Shown: positions 47,541-58,724, counted from the first letter of the stretch. The stretch: 64,000 bases of DNA from an uncultured virus (IMG/VR IMGVR_UViG_3300033153_011590) (IMGVR_UViG_3300033153_011590:1-64000); one strand, 5' to 3'. Notes: generated by a model from the sequence alone, not told the origin. Numbers and translations: made by a program.

Positions 47541-49623
47541 AGCTTTGTGGTAACAAATACATAAATCCCATTAAAATTCTTTTTGAATCTTCCAATGACA
47601 TTACTTTCTCTGTGGATTTTCCGGTAGTTTCATCTATTGTTACTTCGGATACTACAAAACCTTGTGAAGTAACTGTTATACCTGTAATAGAGTTCTCATT
47701 TTCAATCAAAGTAAATCTGAAATTTTCTGGTAATCCTTTTGCTTTCTGTTCAGCACGCATTTCAGAATGTAATGTAGAAAGATAATTATCCATTTTTTCA
47801 GCATTTTCAGCTTCAAGATAATCATTGTCTCCAACAGCTTCTGCATCTATATACAAGTCAATAATTTCACCATCAAGTACTGCAGGTTTGCGAAAATAGT
47901 TTCCACCTTTAGAATTAACTGTAAGTGTAGGAATAGGTTCTGCATCCAAGATTTCAAAATTTTCATATTCTGTTGCAGATACTACCAATTCTGGCAATGG
48001 TACTTCAATTCTATAAGATGGTACATCAGAAGGAGAACTCATTTCCTCTACGTCATATCCTGAAGAATTAAGTTTATTTTCCAGTTTTTCATCGCTGTCG
48101 ATATAACCTTTATCAGCATACAATATAAGTATGTGTTTACCATTCTTTTTTGAAAGCTTCATATTATCTACATTTACAGCATAGTCATCAAAAAGTTTTT
48201 CTTTTATAGCTTTAATATACTTTGGGTTTTCAATCAAAGGTCTTATTACACCTGAGTCAATCATATCATTAGGACTTTTTCCATTGAATCTTCCCATATT
48301 ATCTTCCAAAGGTGTATTATTAAATCTTGATTTATCTTTGATAAAATTATTTACAGATTTAACAGCTTGAGTATAAATCTCTTTCTCAAATCTGTCGCCC
48401 CACCCACCAACAACAGGAATTGTATTATTAGCAGTAAGTGCATCGAAATATTGTTCTCTTTTACTTATCTTTATTATATTGGGATTGTCTGTTGGAATAT
48501 TGTCTGCTGATAATAGTGTTTTTCCTATTGTAATGTATTCTTCCAATACAGCACTTTTCATCATTAGTTCAAAATACTGTGCTCCACTTGTAACATTTCC
48601 TGAAGCAAGCAGTTTGTCAACTTCTTGTTTGTAAAGTTGTATTGCTTCTTCATTTGAAGTTGCTCCGTTAGCTCTTCCTAGTTCAATTGCCCGTCCTGCA
48701 ACACTTTGTCTTGTAAGACCTGTTCCCTCCGGTGAGATATAAGCCCTGTCAGGAGCATATACAGTTTTATCTTCTTTAGGTTTTTTACCACTTACTTTTT
48801 CATACTTCATTGTAGTTGCAACAGCAAGGTCTGCTTGTCTTTTAATTTCTTTGTCAATAGCAATTCTCATCTGTTCTTCAGATGCATCTTGTGGAGCTAT
48901 TACTTTCATATCTTTTCCTGTACCTTCTGTAATAGGTAATAGACCAAGTTCTGCATTCTGCCACAATGTTCTCATAACGTCTCTGTCATTTTTCAGATTG
49001 GCTTCTGTTAAAGCAGTTCTATTTGCTGTACCCAAAGTATTACTCGTTCCTCTTGCCCAATCATATGCCTCATTCGGAATGTCTGCATCTTGAAGATTAT
49101 CTCTGAATTTGAGAGTCCTGTATTCACCTGTTTTGTCATCAATTGTCTTACCCCAATTATCAATGCCTTCTTTATAAGCTGCAGCTACTATTGCCGGGTC
49201 GATATCTTTATTGGTTTCAAGAAAATCTCTACCAGCATTAAAATTCTTATTAAACATTGCAAGATTTCCAGTTGTCATACTGGCTGCAACTCTACTTCTG
49301 ACATCAGAAATTTCTCTCATCCTACTTTTTCCGTATGCATCATCATAGATAGATTGAGTAATTTCTCCAATCTCAGCTTCAAAACCGCCAACTTCAGCTT
49401 TATAGTCTTCTTCATCTTGCTGAGGATACATACCTCTTCCCAAAGAACCCTTAGCTTTAGCTTCCTGTGCCATCAAACCTTGCCTGATTTGCTCAGTGCT
49501 CTGAATTTCTTGGTCAATTTCAGCATCTTTTTTGGCAATAGCCTTAAATAACAACTCTGATGGATACTTCATAGCATAATCCATGTGTTGTGCTCTTGCT
49601 GTTTTATAAAATCTTCCTGACAT
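47530..49623 (-). CDS. Putative virion cargo/ejection protein
   Basis: 697 aa, directly upstream of the RNAP; role inferred from crAss-like gene order. Confidence 0.55.
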   Translation of the reverse strand: MSGRFYKTARAQHMDYAMKYPSELLFKAIAKKDAEIDQEIQSTEQIRQGLMAQEAKAKGSLGRGMYPQQDEEDYKAEVGGFEAEIGEITQSIYDDAYGKSRMREISDVRSRVAASMTTGNLAMFNKNFNAGRDFLETNKDIDPAIVAAAYKEGIDNWGKTIDDKTGEYRTLKFRDNLQDADIPNEAYDWARGTSNTLGTANRTALTEANLKNDRDVMRTLWQNAELGLLPITEGTGKDMKVIAPQDASEEQMRIAIDKEIKRQADLAVATTMKYEKVSGKKPKEDKTVYAPDRAYISPEGTGLTRQSVAGRAIELGRANGATSNEEAIQLYKQEVDKLLASGNVTSGAQYFELMMKSAVLEEYITIGKTLLSADNIPTDNPNIIKISKREQYFDALTANNTIPVVGGWGDRFEKEIYTQAVKSVNNFIKDKSRFNNTPLEDNMGRFNGKSPNDMIDSGVIRPLIENPKYIKAIKEKLFDDYAVNVDNMKLSKKNGKHILILYADKGYIDSDEKLENKLNSSGYDVEEMSSPSDVPSYRIEVPLPELVVSATEYENFEILDAEPIPTLTVNSKGGNYFRKPAVLDGEIIDLYIDAEAVGDNDYLEAENAEKMDNYLSTLHSEMRAEQKAKGLPENFRFTLIENENSITGITVTSQGFVVSEVTIDETTGKSTEKVMSLEDSKRILMGFMYLLPQSYEE

Positions 49624-49635
49624 TGTAGTATGTAT

Positions 49636-50565
49636 TTATTGTGGTTTGCTGTATTTCCATTTATAGAATTCTTCGATTTCTTCTTCACTAGCAAATTTGC
49701 TTGAAGATTTTGCGATACCCCATCCTATTTCTTCTGATTTTTCAGTATTCATATTACGTCCAATGTTTTGTGCTGTAGAACCAATGTTCATAAGACTTTG
49801 ACTAAAGTTAGTTTTCCAAGTATCTCTGTTCATTTGTTCTTTTTCAGCTCTGTCCGTTTCTGCACCCATTCTTACAGAATCTTGATTCAATAGAGTATCA
49901 GCTTCCATTCCAAGAGTCTTTGTAACATCTGTTGCAAATTCACCTTCAATAGCTCTACGTTCTTTCATTCCTGCAATATGAACACCAAGGTCGAGTGCTC
50001 TTAAACTTCCAATACCTCTTGCAGTTCCACGATTTGCAGCTCTTGCTCCTCGTTCAGCCATTGTAGTATCTGCAAGTTTCATTTTTCGAGTAACTCCTGC
50101 AAATGTTTTTATTTCATTAATTTTTGCAAGAGTCCTATTTGCATAATCTGCAAAATAGTTTGTTTCCTTATCAGGGCCATCAACTACATTGGAGATAAAA
50201 TCTATGGTAGTAGCTGCAGATTGTCCTATAGATGATATCATTGAACCTGTCGTTTGACCAAATTCACCTGTATCTTCAAGAGTATCTCCAGTATCATATA
50301 TTTCTTTAATCCCTTTTTCAGGAATAGTACCTTTTGTGGGTACTATTTTACCTGCCGGTTTGGATTCCATTTTCAAAGCTCCATAAGTTTCTATGTCGTC
50401 TTCTCTTCCTTCCATCCGTTCCACTTCAGTTCTTTTGCTTTCAGGAACATTCTCCCAAGAACCGTACATATCCATATACATCTGTCGCTTTTCTTCAGCA
50501 GACATTGAATCTAAGTATGTACCAAGAGATTTATCACCTTTATTAATTCTGTCTTTGCGTGCCAT
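49636..50565 (-). CDS. Putative virion cargo/ejection protein (Ala/Gly-rich helical)
   Basis: 309 aa, between the tail stabilization gene and the cargo genes. Confidence 0.5.
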   Translation of the reverse strand: MARKDRINKGDKSLGTYLDSMSAEEKRQMYMDMYGSWENVPESKRTEVERMEGREDDIETYGALKMESKPAGKIVPTKGTIPEKGIKEIYDTGDTLEDTGEFGQTTGSMISSIGQSAATTIDFISNVVDGPDKETNYFADYANRTLAKINEIKTFAGVTRKMKLADTTMAERGARAANRGTARGIGSLRALDLGVHIAGMKERRAIEGEFATDVTKTLGMEADTLLNQDSVRMGAETDRAEKEQMNRDTWKTNFSQSLMNIGSTAQNIGRNMNTEKSEEIGWGIAKSSSKFASEEEIEEFYKWKYSKPQ

Positions 50566-50576
50566 AACTGTGTATA

Positions 50577-53500
50577 TTATACATCGGTGTCTTTCTCAGT
50601 CTCGATGGTATAGTTTGTAAGTAACTTAATATTATTTTGATTTTCAAAGATAAGTCTTATCTGAACGTATTTATCCATGAACTTCTCTCTCTGTTCCCAT
50701 TCCTTATTCTGGTCGATACCTATACCATTAGGTATCTTATCAATAAAGTACTCATCTTTGATTTCACTCCAAGTAGTATGAAACAATGGCCTATCATAAT
50801 CTGTTCTCATATCCCTAAAACCATTGATTCTCCAATTTTTCTCAAACTTACGAATAGTTATTTCTCCAGTAACATTTCTCACACTACGCATCATGTAATC
50901 CACATCGGGATTAAGGTTTGTAGGATTCAGGAGAATCTCACCTGTTGACTGACGAGTATTGTAGATAACTGCTTTATTGAATGTTATATAACGCTGTTCT
51001 ACATATTCAGGGTCATTTCCATCAGCTTCTATAGCTTTCAAAGCCTCTGTCTGAATGAGAATATTATCTGTTATAGTAGTACTTAAAGGAGAATATTTGG
51101 ATACATAGTCAATAATATGAGGTTTGTATTCACCGTAAAAGTTTAGGAACTTATATTTTGTATTATGTTGCCAGTAATAATGATTGTTTGCTACTTTCTG
51201 GTCAACACTGATTAAGTTCTTTCTGTCATAGATATACATTAATGGTAAATAGCTGTGGAAACTAGTCCAAGCACCTGTATCAAGTGAGTAACTGATTGTA
51301 TATGATTTATTCTCAAATACTTCAGGGTCGGTAAAATCATGGTCAAGTATATCGAAAGCTTTTTGTTGTGTAGCACTTTCATCAATTAACCTGTAATCAC
51401 GCTTTGTAAGTAAGAACCGGTTGTTCTGATAATCGTAAGCTGCAATAAACCCTATACCGTTAGTTGGATTTGTAGGATTGGCAGTAGGAATTTTTATTCC
51501 TTTCAGTCTGTACATTTGGTCATAGAGAAAGAATCTTCCATTTTCTCTGAACCACTTTTGCATACCATTATCTACAGTAAGACTTTTTATCTGAGTTCCT
51601 GTCTGAGAAGAAAAGTTCATAAGATACGGTTCACCTTCTTCTGAATCTATAAAGAAGACTCCGTGTTTAGTCTTCATTGTAGCAAGCTTCTGAGTACATC
51701 CGGCAGCTCCCATTTCAGTATCATGTATCCTACGAGGTGTAGAATCGAAAAAACCACCTGTTCCAATCAATGATATAACATCACCTGTGAGACGTTCCTG
51801 CACATTCTGAGGTATATACCACAGTCCATCTTTAGTATGAACATAAAGAGCATTAGAGATAGTGAATATATTGGTAATCTCACCTGTATCTCCCGGTATG
51901 GTAATATAATTCAATGGAAGAATTTTTCCATAACTGTCAAATTTCTCTTCAAGAAAGCTTCTCTCTGAATAAAATGTTTTGTTAGGAAAAGATTCTAAAC
52001 AATTTGAACAACAATCATAAGTTGATAGTAATGTAAAGAATACTTTTTCCTTATTCATTCTCATAAAATCTTTGTTTATTTTATATATTTCAGGTCTGAT
52101 AGCAAATGAATAAAGATATCTTCCTTCACTTTCTACATATTTGAGAACTTTATTTATACAATAAGAAGTAATAGCACTTTGAGTATGAACTTCCAATAAT
52201 CCTTTATATCCAAAGGTAGCAGGTTCTCTTAATCCTACATTAATATCACTTTCAATCCACATGCCATGTCCATGATACATCATATTGAGAAAAGTATCAT
52301 CTCTGTAAACTGCTGTAGATGTTGCTGTATCATAAATGATATTTAAAAATTCAGGATTAGCCATTTCATTAGAAAATGTATTTATTGCCGCTATAATAAT
52401 TCCTGTTGTAGCTCCTAAAGCTAAAGCACCCATAGCAAGAGTTACAGCAAGTGCCATTAACGGAGTTGCAGTACCCCAACTAAGAATAGATACAATTACT
52501 GCTACGGCTATAACAATCACAAGAAGTAGAGCTTTAACAATAAATTCCCATATTCTTACTTTTGTAAATGACCCTTGATGTAAAGTATTTGTAAGATAAA
52601 AGTGAGAAATAAATGTATCTCCACCAAAGTTTACATGAAGATAAATATCCGGACTATATTCAGTAGCTGAACGTAATCCTGTATTGTTATGACATTGATA
52701 ATAAGTGATATTATCAAGAATAGGATGTATATCTACTTCTATCATCATTGCTACATAATGAAGACTTAATCTTGCTCCAGTTCCTCTACTTCCTCCTAAG
52801 AGGTCATCAGGAAACTGAATTCCTCCTGCTCTTTGAGATTTAGAAATTTTTGCTACTCCTACAGGATTATCCTGAGATGCATTCCATAGTGTTCTCACAC
52901 TAGCAGCATCTTCATTAGGAGAAATATTTATTAATGCTTTATGGTCTGCCATAATAAGGTAGTTCATATCTTCTACCTTATGATTTTGTTCTATTTCAAG
53001 AGGATTTAGTGTAGAACTATATCTTACCCATCTTGAAAAGCCTTCCCAATCATAACCATCTTTGTCAAAAATACCACTATCATCATCATTTACATTTTGT
53101 ATTACGCCTGTACCAAAAGGTGTAGGTGTAAAATCAGGTTCAAAACGATTCTCCCATTTTAAATATTGAGGATTTACATTTTTATTAAGAAACAAGTTTT
53201 CAGGTGCAAGAATAAACTTGTTATTTATGTTATTTACTACAGTAGATGTACCAGTACCTGCTGATGGTAGTGTACTGAAGTCGCCAAAACTATGAAATGT
53301 TAAATAATGCTCATTCATTCTTGTATTGCCACTGAATGCCTTTGCAAGTACTGTTCTGTTAAAATCATCTCTTTCGGCTCTTACAATTCTGAAATCTTTA
53401 ACTCCATCTGGAAATGTAATATTCTTAAAATTTATTCCAAGTTGTGTTAGATAGTTGTATTCTACGTTAGTTGCAAACGGATATGCTGTCTGAATGAAAG

Positions 53501-55658
53501 AATTTAAAGTGGTATCCAAGTAACCTGCCGGAGTTTCCCAACCATTGTCCACAGGAAGATTATTTTGTCTTATACCATTATATTTTATAGTAATAGATGC
53601 ACCATCTTCAGCAGCAGAAACAGTACTTATAATATCTATTGCACTTAAATCGTTTAAAAGTTTTACGCTTGATAAATCTACTCTTCCATTCAGTGTAATT
53701 GAATATCCTAATGTTCCTGACTCACCACAAAGAAATTGTCCTGTAATAGGAGTTCCAGTAGTACCATATAAAGGGATAACAAGACTATCATCAAGTTCTA
53801 TATCATATATTATTTGGTATGTAACAAGTTGGTCATAAGGGTCAGGTGGTGAGCCAGCACAAGGAGGAGCAATACCATTTCTACTTACAGTTAAAGTAAT
53901 AGTACTTGTATATGTTGGACTTCCGGGATACGATGATATATCATCATATGCATGAGGTATAGTATTTCTGTTAGGAAACTTATGATGTCTGATAGGTACA
54001 CCTACTTTTGTTACAATATCAATGAATGGTTCTCCTGACCAACTATATCCATCAACTCCCCAATAGTCTTCTCCTCCTGCTGCACAATTGCTTCTATATA
54101 GATAGTTTCCTGCTTGCATTTCCCAAAATGCCATCCATCCTACAACAGTACTAATGATAGGAAAACTTTGTGTAGTAGAAGTATCATATACTCTCCAATA
54201 TTGAATATCAGTATCAGGGACAGTTAATGGGTCACCAACAGTATAAACATTTTGTACAAATGGTTTTAAGTCATCAATATAGTTTGTAAATACTTCTGTG
54301 TCATCTTCTGCTCTTCCATTTAGTGTTTCACCAGTAGTTCCTGCTGGCCTGCCGGGAATATGATAAACTGGCGATTCTGTTCCATCTTCAAAAATATAGA
54401 TTATACCAAAAGCATAGACTTCACCACCCATATAACCTATTCTTTCAAAGTAACTTGCTGGATTCTTTGAATCACCAAGAGATTTATAGTCATATTTAGC
54501 AACAGTATTAGTAATATATTCTGTTGTAATTAATGATGCAAATTTTTGATAAGAACAATAATCTCTTTGTATACCTTGAGTATTAGCTAACAGTAATCTT
54601 TCTTCTGATTGTTCAAGATGGTCTGCAGTTCCAATTTCAGGAGATGTCAACAAAATTGTTTCTACTGGTACTTCAAAGAATTTGGATTCATTACCGTCAG
54701 CAATAAATAGCGTTTGATTTGTAGGCATTCTTTCTGATACCAATGCTCTTATAGGCAATCCTGTACCTGATGTAGCTTCTATTACTGCAATACGATAGAA
54801 ATCATAAGCTGTTGATAGATTGCCAAATACAATTTCAATTTTTTTATTTGAAGGTGAACTACCAAAAGCTGCATCTGTAACAGTAGTAGGGTCATTAATA
54901 CCATTACTTGAACCAAATACTGTATCATAGTTTCCACTTGTTAATCCTACATAAATAGGAATAACCATTGATGTTGTAAGCCAAGCAGTCTCATTCAGAT
55001 TCTCATCCATATACTGTATGGCAAAGTTGTAAGTACCTGAAGCAAGTGTACCACCTGTTTTAACTTCTGCTGATACAAATATGGGATATTCTTCAACTGT
55101 TTTTATGAGTTTTAACTTTGTCAGTCCTGCATCAGTAAGATTATGGTCTCCCGGCCCTAGTGTATATTCTCCTTGTAATCCTTCAGCAAAGTTGTAAGTC
55201 TTCACACTATTAAGTCCGTCTACCCAATAGATAGTTTTCTCACAACCGTTACGTACTCGGTATTCTCCTGTGATAGAATAATCGGCATTGAAGTTTAACC
55301 GGGTATTAAGAACATCAACTAAAAGTTGTTGAAGTTCACCATAACCATTAAGGAAATAGAGGGCACTTGTTCTTACACCAGAAGTTTGGTCTTCTACATA
55401 TACAAATATTATATGCTCATTATCACCAATATAGATTGAACCTACTTGAACAACATTACTTCCAGTATATGAAGTAAGTTCTGCAAATATCTGAGTAGAC
55501 TCTTCAGTGCTAAGCTGATACTTGTTTCCTTCCCTTGTCTGATTCATTGCATTCAGAGCAAAACGGTAAGTTCCTTCAGGTTGCTCAAGTGGACTTACAT
55601 CCAAGAACAATCCTTTATATAACTTATGTGGTGTCTGATGTATGTTGTCTTGAGCCAT
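50577..55658 (-). CDS. Tail stabilization (muzzle; P22 gp10-like) protein
   Basis: 1693 aa; N-terminal GL..D.SP..QPEGTYRFALNA, IYWVDG.N and C-terminal TISYS....WTSFHSY.P typical of crAss-like stabilization proteins. Confidence 0.82.
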   Translation of the reverse strand: MAQDNIHQTPHKLYKGLFLDVSPLEQPEGTYRFALNAMNQTREGNKYQLSTEESTQIFAELTSYTGSNVVQVGSIYIGDNEHIIFVYVEDQTSGVRTSALYFLNGYGELQQLLVDVLNTRLNFNADYSITGEYRVRNGCEKTIYWVDGLNSVKTYNFAEGLQGEYTLGPGDHNLTDAGLTKLKLIKTVEEYPIFVSAEVKTGGTLASGTYNFAIQYMDENLNETAWLTTSMVIPIYVGLTSGNYDTVFGSSNGINDPTTVTDAAFGSSPSNKKIEIVFGNLSTAYDFYRIAVIEATSGTGLPIRALVSERMPTNQTLFIADGNESKFFEVPVETILLTSPEIGTADHLEQSEERLLLANTQGIQRDYCSYQKFASLITTEYITNTVAKYDYKSLGDSKNPASYFERIGYMGGEVYAFGIIYIFEDGTESPVYHIPGRPAGTTGETLNGRAEDDTEVFTNYIDDLKPFVQNVYTVGDPLTVPDTDIQYWRVYDTSTTQSFPIISTVVGWMAFWEMQAGNYLYRSNCAAGGEDYWGVDGYSWSGEPFIDIVTKVGVPIRHHKFPNRNTIPHAYDDISSYPGSPTYTSTITLTVSRNGIAPPCAGSPPDPYDQLVTYQIIYDIELDDSLVIPLYGTTGTPITGQFLCGESGTLGYSITLNGRVDLSSVKLLNDLSAIDIISTVSAAEDGASITIKYNGIRQNNLPVDNGWETPAGYLDTTLNSFIQTAYPFATNVEYNYLTQLGINFKNITFPDGVKDFRIVRAERDDFNRTVLAKAFSGNTRMNEHYLTFHSFGDFSTLPSAGTGTSTVVNNINNKFILAPENLFLNKNVNPQYLKWENRFEPDFTPTPFGTGVIQNVNDDDSGIFDKDGYDWEGFSRWVRYSSTLNPLEIEQNHKVEDMNYLIMADHKALINISPNEDAASVRTLWNASQDNPVGVAKISKSQRAGGIQFPDDLLGGSRGTGARLSLHYVAMMIEVDIHPILDNITYYQCHNNTGLRSATEYSPDIYLHVNFGGDTFISHFYLTNTLHQGSFTKVRIWEFIVKALLLVIVIAVAVIVSILSWGTATPLMALAVTLAMGALALGATTGIIIAAINTFSNEMANPEFLNIIYDTATSTAVYRDDTFLNMMYHGHGMWIESDINVGLREPATFGYKGLLEVHTQSAITSYCINKVLKYVESEGRYLYSFAIRPEIYKINKDFMRMNKEKVFFTLLSTYDCCSNCLESFPNKTFYSERSFLEEKFDSYGKILPLNYITIPGDTGEITNIFTISNALYVHTKDGLWYIPQNVQERLTGDVISLIGTGGFFDSTPRRIHDTEMGAAGCTQKLATMKTKHGVFFIDSEEGEPYLMNFSSQTGTQIKSLTVDNGMQKWFRENGRFFLYDQMYRLKGIKIPTANPTNPTNGIGFIAAYDYQNNRFLLTKRDYRLIDESATQQKAFDILDHDFTDPEVFENKSYTISYSLDTGAWTSFHSYLPLMYIYDRKNLISVDQKVANNHYYWQHNTKYKFLNFYGEYKPHIIDYVSKYSPLSTTITDNILIQTEALKAIEADGNDPEYVEQRYITFNKAVIYNTRQSTGEILLNPTNLNPDVDYMMRSVRNVTGEITIRKFEKNWRINGFRDMRTDYDRPLFHTTWSEIKDEYFIDKIPNGIGIDQNKEWEQREKFMDKYVQIRLIFENQNNIKLLTNYTIETEKDTDV

Positions 55659-56622
55659 AATAAGCGTTGTTTCTGCGTTCAGTATGCAAGATATTCTTAA
55701 TTTCTTTGTTATTCAGATTGCCAAAGTAATTCTGATAAACATTCCTGCGTGGTATAATATAATTTCTCTGATTCTTGATATTTTCCAACTCATCAACTCC
55801 TTGAGGAATAAGAGATTTGTTACTAGCTTGTTTTACATACCAATTCCAATCTTTGTTTGCCTCATTGAGTTTACCTCTTGCACCATCTCGTCCTGTATAT
55901 AATTCTCTTTTCATCTGACGCATTATGATATAAGATACAATTGCAGTAGTAAAAGAAATGTTATCAGGTATCATTGGAAGACCATTCTCATCCTGCATAT
56001 TTCTGTTATAAGCAAGAGCTATAAGTCCTTTTTCAAAATTAAACCTTAGTACCTTACCTGCAATTACAGTATATTCAGGTGTCTTTGTATGATATATACC
56101 AGTTACATCTCCACTTATATCAGTAGCCCCACAATCAGTACCATCCTGAGAACAAACCAGCGAATTGAAAAAAACATGATTACTTAACCTGACCGGTATG
56201 TAACATCTTTGATATGCTGTTGTACCTCTCCAACCATAATATTCATACTGTAGGTCAAAGTAAGGTCTGTAGTATGCTACATCATAATCATCATATGGCA
56301 TTCCGCAAGAATCAATACAAACAGGATAATCTATTTCTGGTTCAAGAACTTCGTCTTCTTCTTCATCAACAACTGCTTCTGTTTCAGGGTCTTCTACCAT
56401 TGTATTCAAAGCAATTTGAATTATATTGTGGAGGTTTGTTGGAATCTCTGTCTGATAATTCTTTACTTTGAGAAAAGCAACAGCTTCCTCTTTGGCCCTG
56501 ATAGCATTGATAAATTCAAGTGCTTCACCTGTCCACTCAATAATATCAACTTCATCAACTTCACTACCGGGCAAATCCCTTAGAACCTTAGTAAAGATTC
56601 TATCCATAGTTGTAAATTGCAT
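55624..56622 (-). CDS. Tail tubular/ring protein (P22 gp4-like)
   Basis: DIIEWTGEAL, NFEKG...LAY...DENGLPMIPD; upstream of the stabilization gene. Confidence 0.78.
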   Translation of the reverse strand: MQFTTMDRIFTKVLRDLPGSEVDEVDIIEWTGEALEFINAIRAKEEAVAFLKVKNYQTEIPTNLHNIIQIALNTMVEDPETEAVVDEEEDEVLEPEIDYPVCIDSCGMPYDDYDVAYYRPYFDLQYEYYGWRGTTAYQRCYIPVRLSNHVFFNSLVCSQDGTDCGATDISGDVTGIYHTKTPEYTVIAGKVLRFNFEKGLIALAYNRNMQDENGLPMIPDNISFTTAIVSYIIMRQMKRELYTGRDGARGKLNEANKDWNWYVKQASNKSLIPQGVDELENIKNQRNYIIPRRNVYQNYFGNLNNKEIKNILHTERRNNAYYGSRQHTSDTT

Positions 56623-56624
56623 AG

Positions 56625-56831
56625 TTAGTCCTCCATATCAAAACTCTCAGCCAAAGGTATTTCTACATCTTCGAGAGGATTGGTTTTTGAAAAAAATTCT
56701 TTATCTTCACTATGATAATCTCCGTCTTTGTCTTCCCAAGACTTATACCTAGTAATAAGATATCCATTTTCAATCTTCCTTACGGTAACAGATTTTCTTA
56801 TATTGCCGGATACTGTTTCTATCTTGTCCAT
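56625..56831 (-). CDS. Small hypothetical protein
   Basis: 68 aa, tight operon spacing. Confidence 0.7.
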   Translation of the reverse strand: MDKIETVSGNIRKSVTVRKIENGYLITRYKSWEDKDGDYHSEDKEFFSKTNPLEDVEIPLAESFDMED

Positions 56832-56834
56832 AAT

Positions 56835-57314
56835 TTAATCGTTTAGTATTATGTATTCTTTTCCTTCATTGACATTCTTTGAAACACCTCTTTTAACAGG
56901 TCTTATAGCTTTGAATGTCAGAACACTCTTGAATATCAATGGAATCTTGGTTTTTGTCCATTTGATTTTGTATCGTACTCCTTTAGAATGTTCGTTAAAA
57001 AAGTAAATTATTTTCTTTTCTTTCTTCGCTTCAGGATTTCTGTTCCACAATTCTATTGTACTCTTCCAATCTGGTGCTAATCCTTTAATCTTATTACCTT
57101 CAACTCTTATATTCTGTTTACGTCCTTGTACTTCGAGCCTACCCATTGCGACAGGTAATATTATCTCCTCTCCGTTTAATAGCTTTTGGCCTATGAAATT
57201 CATAAAACCTTCCGTTATGGCGAGATATTCCTTTTTTGTAACGTCTATGAGGCAATCCTCGTAACTCGTTATCAACGATAGCAGTTCTTTTCTTCTTTTG
57301 TAGTATCCCGGCAT
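56835..57314 (-). CDS. IHF/HU-like basic protein of the crAss-like structural block
   Basis: L..G....LP..MG.L, PDWK.T, NEHS.G; position matches crAss-like phages. Confidence 0.68.
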   Translation of the reverse strand: MPGYYKRRKELLSLITSYEDCLIDVTKKEYLAITEGFMNFIGQKLLNGEEIILPVAMGRLEVQGRKQNIRVEGNKIKGLAPDWKSTIELWNRNPEAKKEKKIIYFFNEHSKGVRYKIKWTKTKIPLIFKSVLTFKAIRPVKRGVSKNVNEGKEYIILND

Positions 57315-57994
57315 TATCGTGTTCCTTGTAATAGGCTATCTTTACTATCATTTGTAATATCTTCTGTCATTTGAATAAAGTCTTTCACAAGCTCATCATG
57401 AGCTACTCTTACAATACCTTCAATCATTTCTTCCGGTGTAAAAAACTCTACATCATTATTATCAAAACAAGTACTCTTTTCTTGATTAGCCAAATGCATT
57501 CTCCAAACTTCAATTGGGTCACGCCAAATTGCGTGCATGTGAGCCTTTCCCATTCTACTATTTATAAGATAAAGATAGTTGTCGTGAATAAAATAGAATG
57601 GTTTTTTATATCCATACTTGTTTCCCGTCAGATACTTGTAAGTCTCAAAACTTGTTCTGCTGAAAGTAACTAGTCCATCAAAGCTCATAACTGCTACATT
57701 TTCAGTATCGTTATTAGTGAGGGCTGAAGGAATAGGACTTGCACTCTTCATAAATGGACATTTGTAACTTGCTCCACAAGGAATAGCTTTCTGCTCAATC
57801 ATAGAAATACAATGTAAAGGTTGTAAATCCCATTCACTGAAAGGTCTTCCTTGATTCAATCTCTGTATTGTATGTGTAGCTCTGACCGTAAGCAATTTAT
57901 TATAAATATGCCTTCGGCTGAGTCTTGTCTCATCTGTGTCTGCACCTTTAGAGTACAAACTCGATACACGCTGTATTACGTCTCCAATCTTCAT
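57314..57994 (-). CDS. Conserved crAss-like structural (ring-type) protein
   Basis: DE..LS.RHIY, Q.L.C..M, YF....YLY, DP; position next to the IHF-like gene. Confidence 0.6.
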   Translation of the reverse strand: MKIGDVIQRVSSLYSKGADTDETRLSRRHIYNKLLTVRATHTIQRLNQGRPFSEWDLQPLHCISMIEQKAIPCGASYKCPFMKSASPIPSALTNNDTENVAVMSFDGLVTFSRTSFETYKYLTGNKYGYKKPFYFIHDNYLYLINSRMGKAHMHAIWRDPIEVWRMHLANQEKSTCFDNNDVEFFTPEEMIEGIVRVAHDELVKDFIQMTEDITNDSKDSLLQGTR

Positions 57995-58712
57995 TAAAAT
58001 AAGTTTTTAGCATTTTTCCGAAATCTTTTGTTCCATAAATAACATAGCTACTATCAGACTGTAACCATACAATTTGCCTCGATTCAACTTCAAATCCAGC
58101 CTCTTCCAGCAACATATGATATAGTGATAGTTGTATTTGATAATGGTTGTAGTACATATCAAGCATATAATGGAAAGGTGGTAACATCATCTTTTCTTTA
58201 TAATTCTTGAAAATGTTCTTATTTGTTTTATAATCTGCAAGTATATACTTCTGAGTAATAGAGTTATACAACAGTATGTCACAAGTTCCTGCGAACCCAT
58301 AGTTTTTTGAATACATTTGAAGTTCAAAGCCTGCGGGTGTGATATGATTTGGCATATCATTCCAATATTTAATTACAGCTATTTTTTGTGGAGTATCTGC
58401 AATATGTTCAGATAAATCTGAACCTTCTACGAATCTTGCATAAGCATATTTCTCAGCGAAGAGGTGTGTCTCGTTCCCTAAGTTGATTGCCTTCTTGTTG
58501 ATGTCATCCCATCCTTGAATTACTTCTTCTTTTGTCTTTCCATCTCTGTTTGCCACTGCTTGTGCAATTCCTTGAGTATCAAATTCATCCACGAATCCGT
58601 GAACTACATTTGATGCTGCGATTAGTCGTTTTCCATTTACAGTATATTCATGCGTAGGTTCATCAAATTTTAGGTCAGTGTATTTATTTTTTATTTCTTT
58701 AGATGTCATCAT
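57948..58712 (-). CDS. PD-(D/E)XK exonuclease
   Basis: FDE..H.Y, G...H, E, AGTCD, DYKT, Y.IQLSLY; likely start at 58712 or 58709. Confidence 0.85.
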   Translation of the reverse strand: MMTSKEIKNKYTDLKFDEPTHEYTVNGKRLIAASNVVHGFVDEFDTQGIAQAVANRDGKTKEEVIQGWDDINKKAINLGNETHLFAEKYAYARFVEGSDLSEHIADTPQKIAVIKYWNDMPNHITPAGFELQMYSKNYGFAGTCDILLYNSITQKYILADYKTNKNIFKNYKEKMMLPPFHYMLDMYYNHYQIQLSLYHMLLEEAGFEVESRQIVWLQSDSSYVIYGTKDFGKMLKTYFNEDWRRNTACIEFVL

Positions 58713-58716
58713 CTTA

Positions 58717-58724
58717 CAAATATA
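58717..58724 (-). promoter_or_regulatory. Bacteroidota -7 promoter element TATATTTG, 4 nt before the nuclease ATG (leaderless-type)
   Basis: The minus strand reads TATATTTG-TAAG-ATG-ATG. Confidence 0.55.

Noticed and set aside
57948..58712. Cas4
   Set aside because: PD-(D/E)XK core present, but no four-Cys Fe-S cluster motif and no CRISPR context
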